DNA of 64,000 nt from Verrucomicrobiota bacterium (GTDB lineage Bacteria; Verrucomicrobiota; Verrucomicrobiia; Palsa-1439), in NCBI GenBank assembly GCA_003152315.1, contig PLZV01000023.1, positions 4,905 through 68,904 of the forward strand. The letters are read 5' to 3'. The notes under the pieces are model-generated. The model did not search any database. It saw only the letters and a program-made list of their open reading frames with translations, and was not told the DNA's origin. Positions 31,436 to 40,396 of the stretch are shown piece by piece. The position numbers and the translations under genes are program-made. Position 1 is the first letter of the stretch. Each line of letters opens with the position of its first letter.

Positions 31436-31547
31436 GGTTCTGTCTTTCCTTGAATCTGTCACGGTGTCATCCTTCACCGCATCGAAGCCGTTGCATGCTA
31501 CTATCCACGTATTTTACGGATTTTCGCCTTGCGGTCAACACTATTTT

Positions 31548-31559
31548 TGATAATTATTA
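31548..31559. promoter_or_regulatory. Putative operator (TGATAATTATTA) in the divergent pilin/cupin intergenic region
   Basis: Palindrome copy; a minus-strand TTGACC-16-TAAAAT promoter for the pilin gene lies at 31511-31538. Confidence 0.7.
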
Positions 31560-31565
31560 ATCCAT

Positions 31566-32672
31566 ATGCCGAGCTTCGAACTCTTACCAGCCCTGCCACT
31601 TGACCTAAATCCCGTATGGAGAAGTTATCGCGGTGGCAGTGTCCTGCGGGCTTTTCGAGGCCAACCCGGCACCGGAGACGACCATTTTCCCGAGGACTGG
31701 CTCGCCTCTACCGTCCTCGCCCGTAACGGCGAGCATTCCCAGGGAGTGATGGAAGGATTGAGCCGAATTTCCGACGCCAACAGCAATCTGCTCATCGAAT
31801 CGCTGAAACAGAGACCGGGGTTCTGGTTCGGACCGGGTCAAAGGGCCCACCAAGATTCACTCACTCTGGGCGTGCTGTGGAAACTACTTGATTCCGCGGT
31901 CCGCCTTCAATTCCAGGCGCACCCTGATGCTAGGTTCGCCCGCCGACATCTCAATTCCCCTGCTGGCAAGACGGAGTGTTGGTATATCCTCGGCACGCGC
32001 GGAGAAGCGTATGTTTATCTCGGCTTCCAACATTCACCCTCTCGCGAAGCGTGGGCGCGCATGATTCGAGAACAGCGCGTGGAGGAAATGCTCGCATGTT
32101 TTGAAAAAATCCGCGTTCAGCCGGGCGATTGTTACGTTGTTCCCGCTGGAACGCCGCACGCCATCGGCGCGGGCATTTTCATGATGGAGCTGATGGAGCC
32201 GACCGATTGGGTGGTTCGCTGCGAGACGACCAACGCTGGCGTCACGCTCCCGCCGGAAGCGTGTTTTATGGGACTCGACTTGGAAACCTGTATGGAGGTG
32301 TTTGATTATCGGGCTTACTCGGTCGCGAAAGTCAGACGCACTTTTCAACAATCGCCACGAGAACTGGTTTGCACCAACGATTATTGCGAAGAGGAATTGA
32401 TTGGGCCGACCTACCATGAATACTTTCGCTTGCATCGGTTGCGCGGCCATGGCGACGCGAGTTGGCCAGGCGGTGAACTGATGCTGCTCATTGTCATAAC
32501 CGGCGAAGCGAATTTACTGTGCGGTGGCCAGGGACAGCCGGTGCGGGCCGGTCAAACGCTGCTGCTGCTGCCGGGCGCGGCGCAATCGTGGAACTGGACA
32601 CAACCGTCGGGCGACTGGGAAATTCTCCTCGCCAAATTGCCGGTGTTTCAGTCATCCTCCCATCACTCCTGA
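31566..32672 (+). CDS. Class I mannose-6-phosphate-isomerase-like cupin
   Basis: PEDWLAS, KLLDSAVRLQFQAHP, GKTECWYI, AGTPHAIG, ELMEPTD. Confidence 0.82.
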   Translation: MPSFELLPALPLDLNPVWRSYRGGSVLRAFRGQPGTGDDHFPEDWLASTVLARNGEHSQGVMEGLSRISDANSNLLIESLKQRPGFWFGPGQRAHQDSLTLGVLWKLLDSAVRLQFQAHPDARFARRHLNSPAGKTECWYILGTRGEAYVYLGFQHSPSREAWARMIREQRVEEMLACFEKIRVQPGDCYVVPAGTPHAIGAGIFMMELMEPTDWVVRCETTNAGVTLPPEACFMGLDLETCMEVFDYRAYSVAKVRRTFQQSPRELVCTNDYCEEELIGPTYHEYFRLHRLRGHGDASWPGGELMLLIVITGEANLLCGGQGQPVRAGQTLLLLPGAAQSWNWTQPSGDWEILLAKLPVFQSSSHHS

Positions 32673-32677
32673 AATTC

Positions 32678-34459
32678 ATGCTCTCGAAATACGACTATCT
32701 GGTCATCGGGTTTTATTTTGCGTTCATGGCGATGATCGGTTGGGTTTGCCGCAAGTTCATCGGCAATACGAGCGACTATTTTCGGGGGGGCGGCAAGATG
32801 CTGTGGTGGATGACCGGTTGCTCGGCGTTCGTCGGGCAGTTCAGCGCGTGGACCTTCACCGGCGCGGCGGGCAAGGCTTATCAGGACGGGCCGGTCATCA
32901 TGGTGCTGTATTTTGCCAACGCCCTCGGTTTTTTCTGCAACTTTGCTTTCTTTGCGCCGCGGTTCCGTCAGATGCGCGTGATCACATCCATCCAGGCCGT
33001 GAAAGCGCGATTTGGCAACGGCAGCGAGCAGTTCTTTACGTGGGTGCAACTGCCCGTCGGTGTGCTCTACGCCGCCATCTGGCTGAGCGGTTTGGCTGTT
33101 TTCATTTCAGCGGCGTTCAACATGGACCTTTACCTGACGGTCATTGTCACGGGTTCGGTGGTGTTGATCATGGCGGTCATCGGCGGATCCTGGGCGGTTG
33201 CCGCGGGCGATTTTATCCAGACGCTCGTGCTGATGCCCATCACTCTGGTCACGGCGTTTCTGGCCATCGCGCAAGTCGGCGGGTGGGGTAGTTTTCTGGA
33301 CAAACTGCCGCACCACCATCTGCATTGGACCGAGGGCGCGCGACCGGAAATCCTCTACCTGTGGATCATCGCCATCATCATCAAACAATTCACCTCCACC
33401 AACAATATGCTGGAGGCTTCGCGCTATCTGAACGCCAAGGACGGCCGGGAGGCCCGGAAAGGCGCGCTCCTGGGCTCGATCCTGTTCGTCGTGGGGCCCA
33501 TCTTCTGGTTCATTCCGCCGATGGCGGCGAGGATTGTGCATCCTGATCTCCACACGGTTTTTCCGCACCTGAAGAATCCCGCGGAAGGCGCATTCGTCGT
33601 GGCTGGGTTGGACAACATGCCGGCCGGCATGCTCGGCTTGCTGATCAGCGGCATCTTCGGCGCCACCATGTCCAACATGGACATCGGCTTGAACAAGAAC
33701 GCCGGCTTCTTTGTGAAGAATTTCTACCAGGTCCTCATCCGCCCGCGCGCGCCCGAGAAAGAGATGTTGATCGTCAGCAAGCTCGTGACCTTCCTGCTGG
33801 GTATCCTGGTGATCTCTGCGGCGCTGACCTTCAGCTCCGGGAAGAAACCGCTGTTTGATCTGATGCTGCAATTTGGCGGCTTGATCGCCTTACCCTACTG
33901 CATCCCGCTGATCTGGGGCACGCTCATCAAACGCGCGCCAGCCTGGGCCGGTTGGACGACGGTGCTGGTCGGTTTCGCAATTTCCTGGGCGGGAAATGAA
34001 TATCTCACCGCCGACTGGCTCCAGAAGTTCATGGGCTGGAATGTGCCGTTGAGCGCGCGCGAATCTTCCGACTGGGTGCTGCTGCTGGGCGTTCTGCTCA
34101 ACACCATCGTTTGTTCGGCCTGGTTCCTTGGCTCCTGCCTTTTCGCGAACACCCGCTCCGCACCGGAAAAGGAACGCGTGGACAGATTCTTCACGCAGAT
34201 GCAGACACCCATTGACTTCCATAAAGAGGAAGGCGTGGGCAACGATGCGCAGCAATATCGTACTCTCGGGTTGATGTGCCTGATCTATGGCGTATTCATT
34301 TCATTGCTGCTACTCATCCCGAACTCGCCGCTCGGCCGGCTCGGGATGTTCACCTGCGCCGGCACGATGCTCGGCGTCGGCGGCTTGCTCTACTGGAATT
34401 ACACACTCCTTCGGGTAAAAACCTTGCCCGACGTCACACGGAAACAACCAACTCAATAA
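32678..34459 (+). CDS. Sodium:solute symporter family (oligo-uronate uptake candidate)
   Basis: DYFRGGGKMLWW, FSAWTFTGAAGKAY, GGSWAV, ATMSNMD, about 14 TM segments. Confidence 0.88.
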   Translation: MLSKYDYLVIGFYFAFMAMIGWVCRKFIGNTSDYFRGGGKMLWWMTGCSAFVGQFSAWTFTGAAGKAYQDGPVIMVLYFANALGFFCNFAFFAPRFRQMRVITSIQAVKARFGNGSEQFFTWVQLPVGVLYAAIWLSGLAVFISAAFNMDLYLTVIVTGSVVLIMAVIGGSWAVAAGDFIQTLVLMPITLVTAFLAIAQVGGWGSFLDKLPHHHLHWTEGARPEILYLWIIAIIIKQFTSTNNMLEASRYLNAKDGREARKGALLGSILFVVGPIFWFIPPMAARIVHPDLHTVFPHLKNPAEGAFVVAGLDNMPAGMLGLLISGIFGATMSNMDIGLNKNAGFFVKNFYQVLIRPRAPEKEMLIVSKLVTFLLGILVISAALTFSSGKKPLFDLMLQFGGLIALPYCIPLIWGTLIKRAPAWAGWTTVLVGFAISWAGNEYLTADWLQKFMGWNVPLSARESSDWVLLLGVLLNTIVCSAWFLGSCLFANTRSAPEKERVDRFFTQMQTPIDFHKEEGVGNDAQQYRTLGLMCLIYGVFISLLLLIPNSPLGRLGMFTCAGTMLGVGGLLYWNYTLLRVKTLPDVTRKQPTQ

Positions 34460-34464
34460 CTATT

Positions 34465-35226
34465 ATGGGAAACCTCAACGGAAAACGCGCACTCGTCACG
34501 GGTGGCGGCCAGGGACTTGGATACAGCATCGTGGAACAGTTGCTCACCGCCGGCGCGGACGTGGCCGTCCACTATTTCTCCAGCGAGACCGGCGCTCGCG
34601 AACTGGAGGCGCTGGCGCAAAAACGTGGTCGCCGGGCCGAAGTGTTTCGCGCCGATTTGACGAAAGAAACCGAAGCCGCCGCGCTGGTGGTTAGCGCCAC
34701 GAAGTTTCTCGGCGGCCTCGACGTGTTGGTGAACAATGCGGGCGATCTCGTCGAGCGGCGCACAATCCAGGAAGTGGACGCCGCGTTTTGGGAACGGGTC
34801 ATCAATGTGAACGTCACCTCGATGCTGTGGGTCACGCGCGCCGCCGTGCCGTGGCTGGAAAAGGCCGGGCAAGCCAGCATTGTAAATCTTTCCTCGCTGG
34901 CCGGTCGCAAAGGCGGTCATCCTGGCTCCCTTGTTTACTCCACGGCCAAGGGCGCGGTGCTCACGTGGACGCGGGCGCTTGCCACCGAGCTCGCTCCCCG
35001 GGGAATTCGCGTGAACTGCGTCGCGCCGGGTTTCATTCTCGGCACGAGGTTTCACGAGACGCATACTTCCGAGGACAGCGCGAAGCAGACCATTAAGGGT
35101 ATCCCGCTAGGCCGCGCGGGCTCACCGGAGGACATCGCGCGTGCCGTGGTTTATCTGGCCTCGGAATTTGACGGGTTCATTACCGGTGCGACCCTCGACA
35201 TCAACGGTGGCGTTTATGCGGCGTAA
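34465..35226 (+). CDS. SDR oxidoreductase, probable DEH (4-deoxy-L-erythro-5-hexoseulose uronate) reductase
   Basis: TGGGQGLG, NNAG, SLAGRKGGHPGSLVYSTAKG, APGFILGTRFH, FITGATLDINGG resemble alginate-pathway DEH reductases; gene context agrees. Confidence 0.8.
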   Translation: MGNLNGKRALVTGGGQGLGYSIVEQLLTAGADVAVHYFSSETGARELEALAQKRGRRAEVFRADLTKETEAAALVVSATKFLGGLDVLVNNAGDLVERRTIQEVDAAFWERVINVNVTSMLWVTRAAVPWLEKAGQASIVNLSSLAGRKGGHPGSLVYSTAKGAVLTWTRALATELAPRGIRVNCVAPGFILGTRFHETHTSEDSAKQTIKGIPLGRAGSPEDIARAVVYLASEFDGFITGATLDINGGVYAA

Positions 35227-35233
35227 TCGACCC

Positions 35234-38200
35234 ATGCGCATTAGATCCCTGGTTGTCTTTTTCCTTGCCGCCGCGGTTTTACCCGTCGCACTGGCAGCGG
35301 AACCGATTTCAAAAACTCCTTCCGAAGATGCCATCATCAAAAACTTTCACTCGTTGGGGCTGATCAACGGCCAGACAAACATCTTCCGGTGCGCGTGCCC
35401 GGTGATGGATGTGGCCGAAGAGATGAAGGGCGCGAAGCCTACGGAGAAGGATTTGGAATTGGCCCGCGAGCGGATGCAGCATCTCCGGGATCTCGGCGTC
35501 CGTACGGTAATTTCGTTCGAACATCAAGACCCGCCGAAAGAAAACGAGACGGACGTGGAACACAGGGCCGTCGCCTTGGAGCAGATTGCCGCCAAAGAGG
35601 TGGGGCTGGCCTATGTCGCCTATCCGATGTCGAACAAGGGCAAGGATTCCTTTGAAGACATGTCGGACGATGCGGTGATGAAGCTGCTCGATCCCATCAG
35701 CGAAGACATTTTCAAATTCACCAGAACCGGCGGCGTGGTGTTTCACTGCAAATCAGGCAAAGACCGTACTGGAATCATGGCGGGCTATCTGCGGCTAAAG
35801 TACCAGCATTGGACGGCTGATGAAGCCATCGCCGAGATGCGACGTTACGGCCATGTTTGGAACAAACTGGCGGACGACGGCGCCGCGAACTCGTGGCATG
35901 AAAATCATCTGCGCACCATAGCAAAAATCCTGAACCCGCTTGGGCAATCATACCAAAGGCTGGATAACGGCTGGGAATTTTATCAGGGCGCACTCGGTAG
36001 CCCCTGGGAAATCTGGCGCGGCGACAAGGCCGCCGACAATATCACATGGCAGCCCGTCACGCTGCCGCATTGTTTCAATGCCCGCGACTCGGTTGATCCC
36101 GATGTGCACTATTACCAGGGGCCCGGCTGGTATCGCACGCGGCTCAAGGTGGAGAACCTATTTCCAAACGGACGGACCTTGCTGCACTTCGACGGCGCGG
36201 GACAAAAATCCCGGGTCTTTGTTGGAATGGAAAAGGTCGGCGAACATGTCGGCGGCTACGACGAATGGACCGTGGACATTACGGACGCGGACGCTCGCGC
36301 CGCTACGAATTCATTTTCCGGCGTCAGCACGCCCGTGGCGGTGCTTTGCGATAATTCCCGCGATGCGGAGATGATTCCTTCTGATCAAAGCGATTTTAAT
36401 CGCTATGGCGGCCTTTACCGGCACGTTTATCTCGAATATGTCCCGGCGATTTCGCTGGAGCGGGTCCACGTCGAGCCAAAACTCGTAGCGGATGACAAAG
36501 CTTCCATCAAAGTCCGGGCACGACTTCACAATCCAACGGCAGCCAACGACGAAGTCAAACTCGCGATCGAAGTCCGCGACCCGCAGGGCAACCGTCTCCA
36601 GATTACGACGAACAAACTGTCCCCGTGGTCGGGGGAGAAGGAAATCGCCGCATTGGAAATCGCCAAACCGCAACTGTGGTCGCCAAATTCACCGGCTCTT
36701 TACAGTTGTGCCGTCACGCTACAATCGCCGCAAGGCGAACAGCAAATAACCGAAAAGTTCGGCGTACGTTCCTTTGAATGGGTCGAGCATGGACCCTTCA
36801 AGTTGAATGGCGAACGTTTGCTATTGCGCGGCACGCAATATCACCAGGATCACGCCGGTGTAGCTGCGGCAGTGCCGGATGACGTCGTCCGCAAGACGTT
36901 CCAACAGATTAAAGACATGGGCGCGAATTTCGTCCGACTCGGCCATTACCAGCAATCACCGCTCGTGCTGGAGATGTGTGATCAACTCGGGTTGCTCGTG
37001 TGGGAGGAAATCCCATGGTGCCGCGGTGGTCTTGGCGGCGAGCGCTACCAACAACAAGGCCGCGACATGCTGCGGAACATGATTGACCAGCATTACAATC
37101 ATCCGGCGGTGATTCTCTGGGGCCTGGGCAATGAGAACGATTGGCCCGGTGATTTCGAAACCTTTAACACCAATGCCATTCGCGCTTACATGACGGAGTT
37201 GAACACGCTCGCGCATCAGATCGACCCGTCGCGCAAGACATGCATCCGCCGTTGCGATTTCTGCAAGGACATCCCGGACGTGTATTCTCCGAGCATCTGG
37301 GCCGGGTGGTATTCCGGACGTTACACCGAGTATCGCGGGTCAGTGGAAAAATGGATCGGCAACGTGCCGAGATTCTTCCATGCCGAGTGGGGCGGGGACA
37401 GTCACGCCCGCCGTCATTCGGAAGACCCCGAGAAATTCCTGCAAGAAGTTGCCACCGGCCAGGGCACAGCGGAAACCGCCAAAGCGTACAAGTCGACGGG
37501 CGGCAAGGCACGCGCGTCTCTGGACGGCGATTGGTCGGAGAGTTACATCGTCAATCTCTTCGACTGGCATCTCAAGGAGCAGGAGCAGATGACGAACCTG
37601 ACCGGCAGTGCGCAATGGATTTTCAAGGACTTTGCCACACCGTTGCGCCCGGAGAATCCCATTCCACGCGTGAATCAAAAGGGCCTGGTCGAACGCGACG
37701 GCACGCCGAAGGAAGGCTACTACGTTTTCCAGAGTTATTGGGCCGACAAGGCGATGGTCCATGTTTACGGGCACACCTGGCCGGTCCGTTGGGGCAAACC
37801 CGGCGAGGAGAAGCTCGTGAAAGTGTATTCGAACTGCCGTGAGGTGGAGCTGTTCGTTAATGGCATCTCGGTTGGTGTGAAGCAGCGCAACAGCACCAAC
37901 TTCCCTGCCGCCGGTCTACGCTGGGCCGTGAAACTGAATGACGGCCCGAACACGCTGCGCGCCGTGGGCCATCGTGACGGGGTGGAAGTGAGCGATGACA
38001 TTTCCGTCAGCTATCAGACTGCGGCTTGGGACAAGCCGGCCAGGCTCGCGCTCAGGGAAATCTCGCGGAGCAACGACGTCGTCACCGTCCAGGCGCTCGT
38101 ATTCGACAAGGACGGCGTGTCTTGCCTTGACGCGACGAACGTCGTCCGCTTCGGTTTGGCTGGTGACGGTCTTTTGCTCGATAATCTCGGCACATCCATT

Positions 38201-39445
38201 GGTTCGCGCGTGGTGCAACTTTACAACGGTCGCGCGCAGATCAGCCTCCGGCTTGCCAGCGGCGAAGCCGTGGTCAGCGTGGCGAGCGTTGGTTTGGAAA
38301 CGCAATTCCTGAGCGTAACCAATGCACCAACTGCCTCTGTGAAACTGACGCTCGACGTGGGCGCGATTGACCGCGAGCGGATCTTGAAGGCCGCCAGCGC
38401 CGCGCTCGGGAGCGAACCGCTGACCATTACCAAGTTCCGCGCAAAGTTGAGCGGGGGTGGGCTGAATGATTTTTATTCCAACGGTGATTACTGGTGGCCC
38501 GACCCAACCAAGCCCGACGGGTTGCCGTACATCCAGCGCGACGGCGAATCGAATCCCAGCAACTTCTCAGAGCACCGGCTTGCCATCCGCAATCTGCGCG
38601 ATGCGGTGGCCGCGCTCGCCGCTGCCTACAAGGCCACTGGCGACGATCGTTACGTGACCAAGGCGGTCGAGTTGCTACGGGTGTTCTTTCTGGATCCACA
38701 GACGCGGATGAATCCGCACTTGAAATACGCGCAAGCGATTCCGGGTAAGTCCCCCGGTCGCGGTACCGGCATCATTGACGGCCTGCACCTGATCGAATTG
38801 CCGCTCGCGATTCAGGCGATGCAGAAGTCACCTGCCTTTCCGCCCGAAGTGTTGGCCGGACTGAAACAGTGGTTTGGCGACCTGGCGGAATGGATGGTAA
38901 CGAGCAAGAACGGACTGGAGGAGGCTGCGTCCAAAAACAACCACGCCGTTGCGTTCTACCTGCAACTCGCGGTCTACGCCGGTCTCTCGGGGGACGAAGC
39001 GAAACTTGCGGAGTGCCGTCGGCAATTCAAAGAAGTGTTCGTCCCGAACCAAATGGCGGCGGACGGAAGTTTCCCGGCTGAACTCAAGCGGACCAAGCCT
39101 TACGGTTACTCCATCTTTCAACTCGATAACATGGCCACACTTTGTCAGGTGCTTTCAAACGACCGCGACGACTTGTGGCGGTTTGAGCTTGCCGATGGTC
39201 GGGGCATTCAGAAGGCGATGGCGTATCTCTATCCGTTTCTGGCGGATAAATCGAAGTGGCCGCTCAAACCCGACGTGCAGGCGTGGGCCGACTGGCCTTC
39301 GCGCCAATCGTGCCTGCTGTTTGCCGGGCTGGCGCTGAATGAACAGCCGTATCTCGACCTCTGGCGCAATCTCCCGCCTGATCCAACCAACGCCGAAATC
39401 CGTCGCAATATTGCCATCACCCAGCCAGTCCTTTGGATAAAGTGA
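35234..39445 (+). CDS. Secreted tri-modular protein: Cys-based (CX5R) phosphatase-like domain, GH2, alginate_lyase (PL38-like)
   Basis: Signal peptide; FHCKSGKDRTG P-loop; GH2 motifs YYQGPGWY, YGGLYR, NFVRLGHY, WGLGNE; lyase motifs YWWPDP...GLPYIQRDG.SNP, TRMNPHLKYAQ, NNH, EL.RT.PYGYS.F.L. Confidence 0.85.
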   Translation: MRIRSLVVFFLAAAVLPVALAAEPISKTPSEDAIIKNFHSLGLINGQTNIFRCACPVMDVAEEMKGAKPTEKDLELARERMQHLRDLGVRTVISFEHQDPPKENETDVEHRAVALEQIAAKEVGLAYVAYPMSNKGKDSFEDMSDDAVMKLLDPISEDIFKFTRTGGVVFHCKSGKDRTGIMAGYLRLKYQHWTADEAIAEMRRYGHVWNKLADDGAANSWHENHLRTIAKILNPLGQSYQRLDNGWEFYQGALGSPWEIWRGDKAADNITWQPVTLPHCFNARDSVDPDVHYYQGPGWYRTRLKVENLFPNGRTLLHFDGAGQKSRVFVGMEKVGEHVGGYDEWTVDITDADARAATNSFSGVSTPVAVLCDNSRDAEMIPSDQSDFNRYGGLYRHVYLEYVPAISLERVHVEPKLVADDKASIKVRARLHNPTAANDEVKLAIEVRDPQGNRLQITTNKLSPWSGEKEIAALEIAKPQLWSPNSPALYSCAVTLQSPQGEQQITEKFGVRSFEWVEHGPFKLNGERLLLRGTQYHQDHAGVAAAVPDDVVRKTFQQIKDMGANFVRLGHYQQSPLVLEMCDQLGLLVWEEIPWCRGGLGGERYQQQGRDMLRNMIDQHYNHPAVILWGLGNENDWPGDFETFNTNAIRAYMTELNTLAHQIDPSRKTCIRRCDFCKDIPDVYSPSIWAGWYSGRYTEYRGSVEKWIGNVPRFFHAEWGGDSHARRHSEDPEKFLQEVATGQGTAETAKAYKSTGGKARASLDGDWSESYIVNLFDWHLKEQEQMTNLTGSAQWIFKDFATPLRPENPIPRVNQKGLVERDGTPKEGYYVFQSYWADKAMVHVYGHTWPVRWGKPGEEKLVKVYSNCREVELFVNGISVGVKQRNSTNFPAAGLRWAVKLNDGPNTLRAVGHRDGVEVSDDISVSYQTAAWDKPARLALREISRSNDVVTVQALVFDKDGVSCLDATNVVRFGLAGDGLLLDNLGTSIGSRVVQLYNGRAQISLRLASGEAVVSVASVGLETQFLSVTNAPTASVKLTLDVGAIDRERILKAASAALGSEPLTITKFRAKLSGGGLNDFYSNGDYWWPDPTKPDGLPYIQRDGESNPSNFSEHRLAIRNLRDAVAALAAAYKATGDDRYVTKAVELLRVFFLDPQTRMNPHLKYAQAIPGKSPGRGTGIIDGLHLIELPLAIQAMQKSPAFPPEVLAGLKQWFGDLAEWMVTSKNGLEEAASKNNHAVAFYLQLAVYAGLSGDEAKLAECRRQFKEVFVPNQMAADGSFPAELKRTKPYGYSIFQLDNMATLCQVLSNDRDDLWRFELADGRGIQKAMAYLYPFLADKSKWPLKPDVQAWADWPSRQSCLLFAGLALNEQPYLDLWRNLPPDPTNAEIRRNIAITQPVLWIK

Positions 39446-39451
39446 GGAGTG

Positions 39452-40393
39452 TTATTTGACAGAGCTCGGCAGGAGATCTTGTTCCTCCAGGAATTTCTTG
39501 ATCAGGTCCCGCGACTTGTTCTTCCACTCCAGCGGGATGCCGTGGCCACCACCGGGGATGGTGATGAACTCGCAAGTGTTGCTTGTCGCCACCAATTTGT
39601 CGTGCAACGTGACGGCAAGGTGATACGGCACAGTCGGGTCGGCGTCGCCGTGGAACATAATCATCGGCGGCATTTTCGTGTCCAGGTTTTGCAACGGCGA
39701 AACATCGCCGATGTGCGGGCCGAAGCGCTTGATCTGCCGGAGGTTGTTGTCCCAAGCGGCGGGGGTGGTATCCCCGGGTGCGCTGATGAGCACTAGCGCG
39801 GCGGGCTTGATCGCCGGCGATTCTTCAGGCTTTGAACCGACTGGGGCCTTGGCAATCGCCGTCCACAAGGCAAGATGCCCGCCGGCGGAGGAACCACCGA
39901 CCACAATCCTGTTTTCGTCCACACCAAGTTCCACTGCGTGGTCTTCCACCCACCGCGTCGCCGCGCGGGCGTCGGCCACGGCTTCCATCGGCGTCGTGCC
40001 GAACCGTTCGCTGGTGCGGTAATCAGGCGCGATACCGATCATACCCCACTTGGCGACCATCCGTGCCCAGCCGATGGACTTGCTCGGATCCCCGCGTGTC
40101 CAACCGCCGCCGAAAAAATAAATCATCGCTGGACGGCGATCGGTCGTCCGCCAACCATCCGGCTTGACAACGAACATGCGCAACGGTTCGGGTTTCAGAT
40201 CGCGGTAGACAAGAGTCTGTGCGTCGGGAAAACTCGTCCGGGTGGAACTGGTGGCATCGAACAGCGATTCGAGTTCCTGGTACGCGCTCTTGGAGGGTTT
40301 TCCGTCTGGAGCGTTGGTTGGTTGTTGCGCGAAAGCTGAAGCGGCCAATAATGCGGCCAAACTTCCACCGAAAAACAACAAGGCTGGCTGCAT
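39452..40393 (-). CDS. Secreted alpha/beta-hydrolase (BD-FAE-like carbohydrate esterase)
   Basis: FFGGGW, GGSSAGGH nucleophile elbow, FHGDAD, GGGHG. Confidence 0.85.
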   Translation of the reverse strand: MQPALLFFGGSLAALLAASAFAQQPTNAPDGKPSKSAYQELESLFDATSSTRTSFPDAQTLVYRDLKPEPLRMFVVKPDGWRTTDRRPAMIYFFGGGWTRGDPSKSIGWARMVAKWGMIGIAPDYRTSERFGTTPMEAVADARAATRWVEDHAVELGVDENRIVVGGSSAGGHLALWTAIAKAPVGSKPEESPAIKPAALVLISAPGDTTPAAWDNNLRQIKRFGPHIGDVSPLQNLDTKMPPMIMFHGDADPTVPYHLAVTLHDKLVATSNTCEFITIPGGGHGIPLEWKNKSRDLIKKFLEEQDLLPSSVK

Positions 40394-40396
40394 AAA

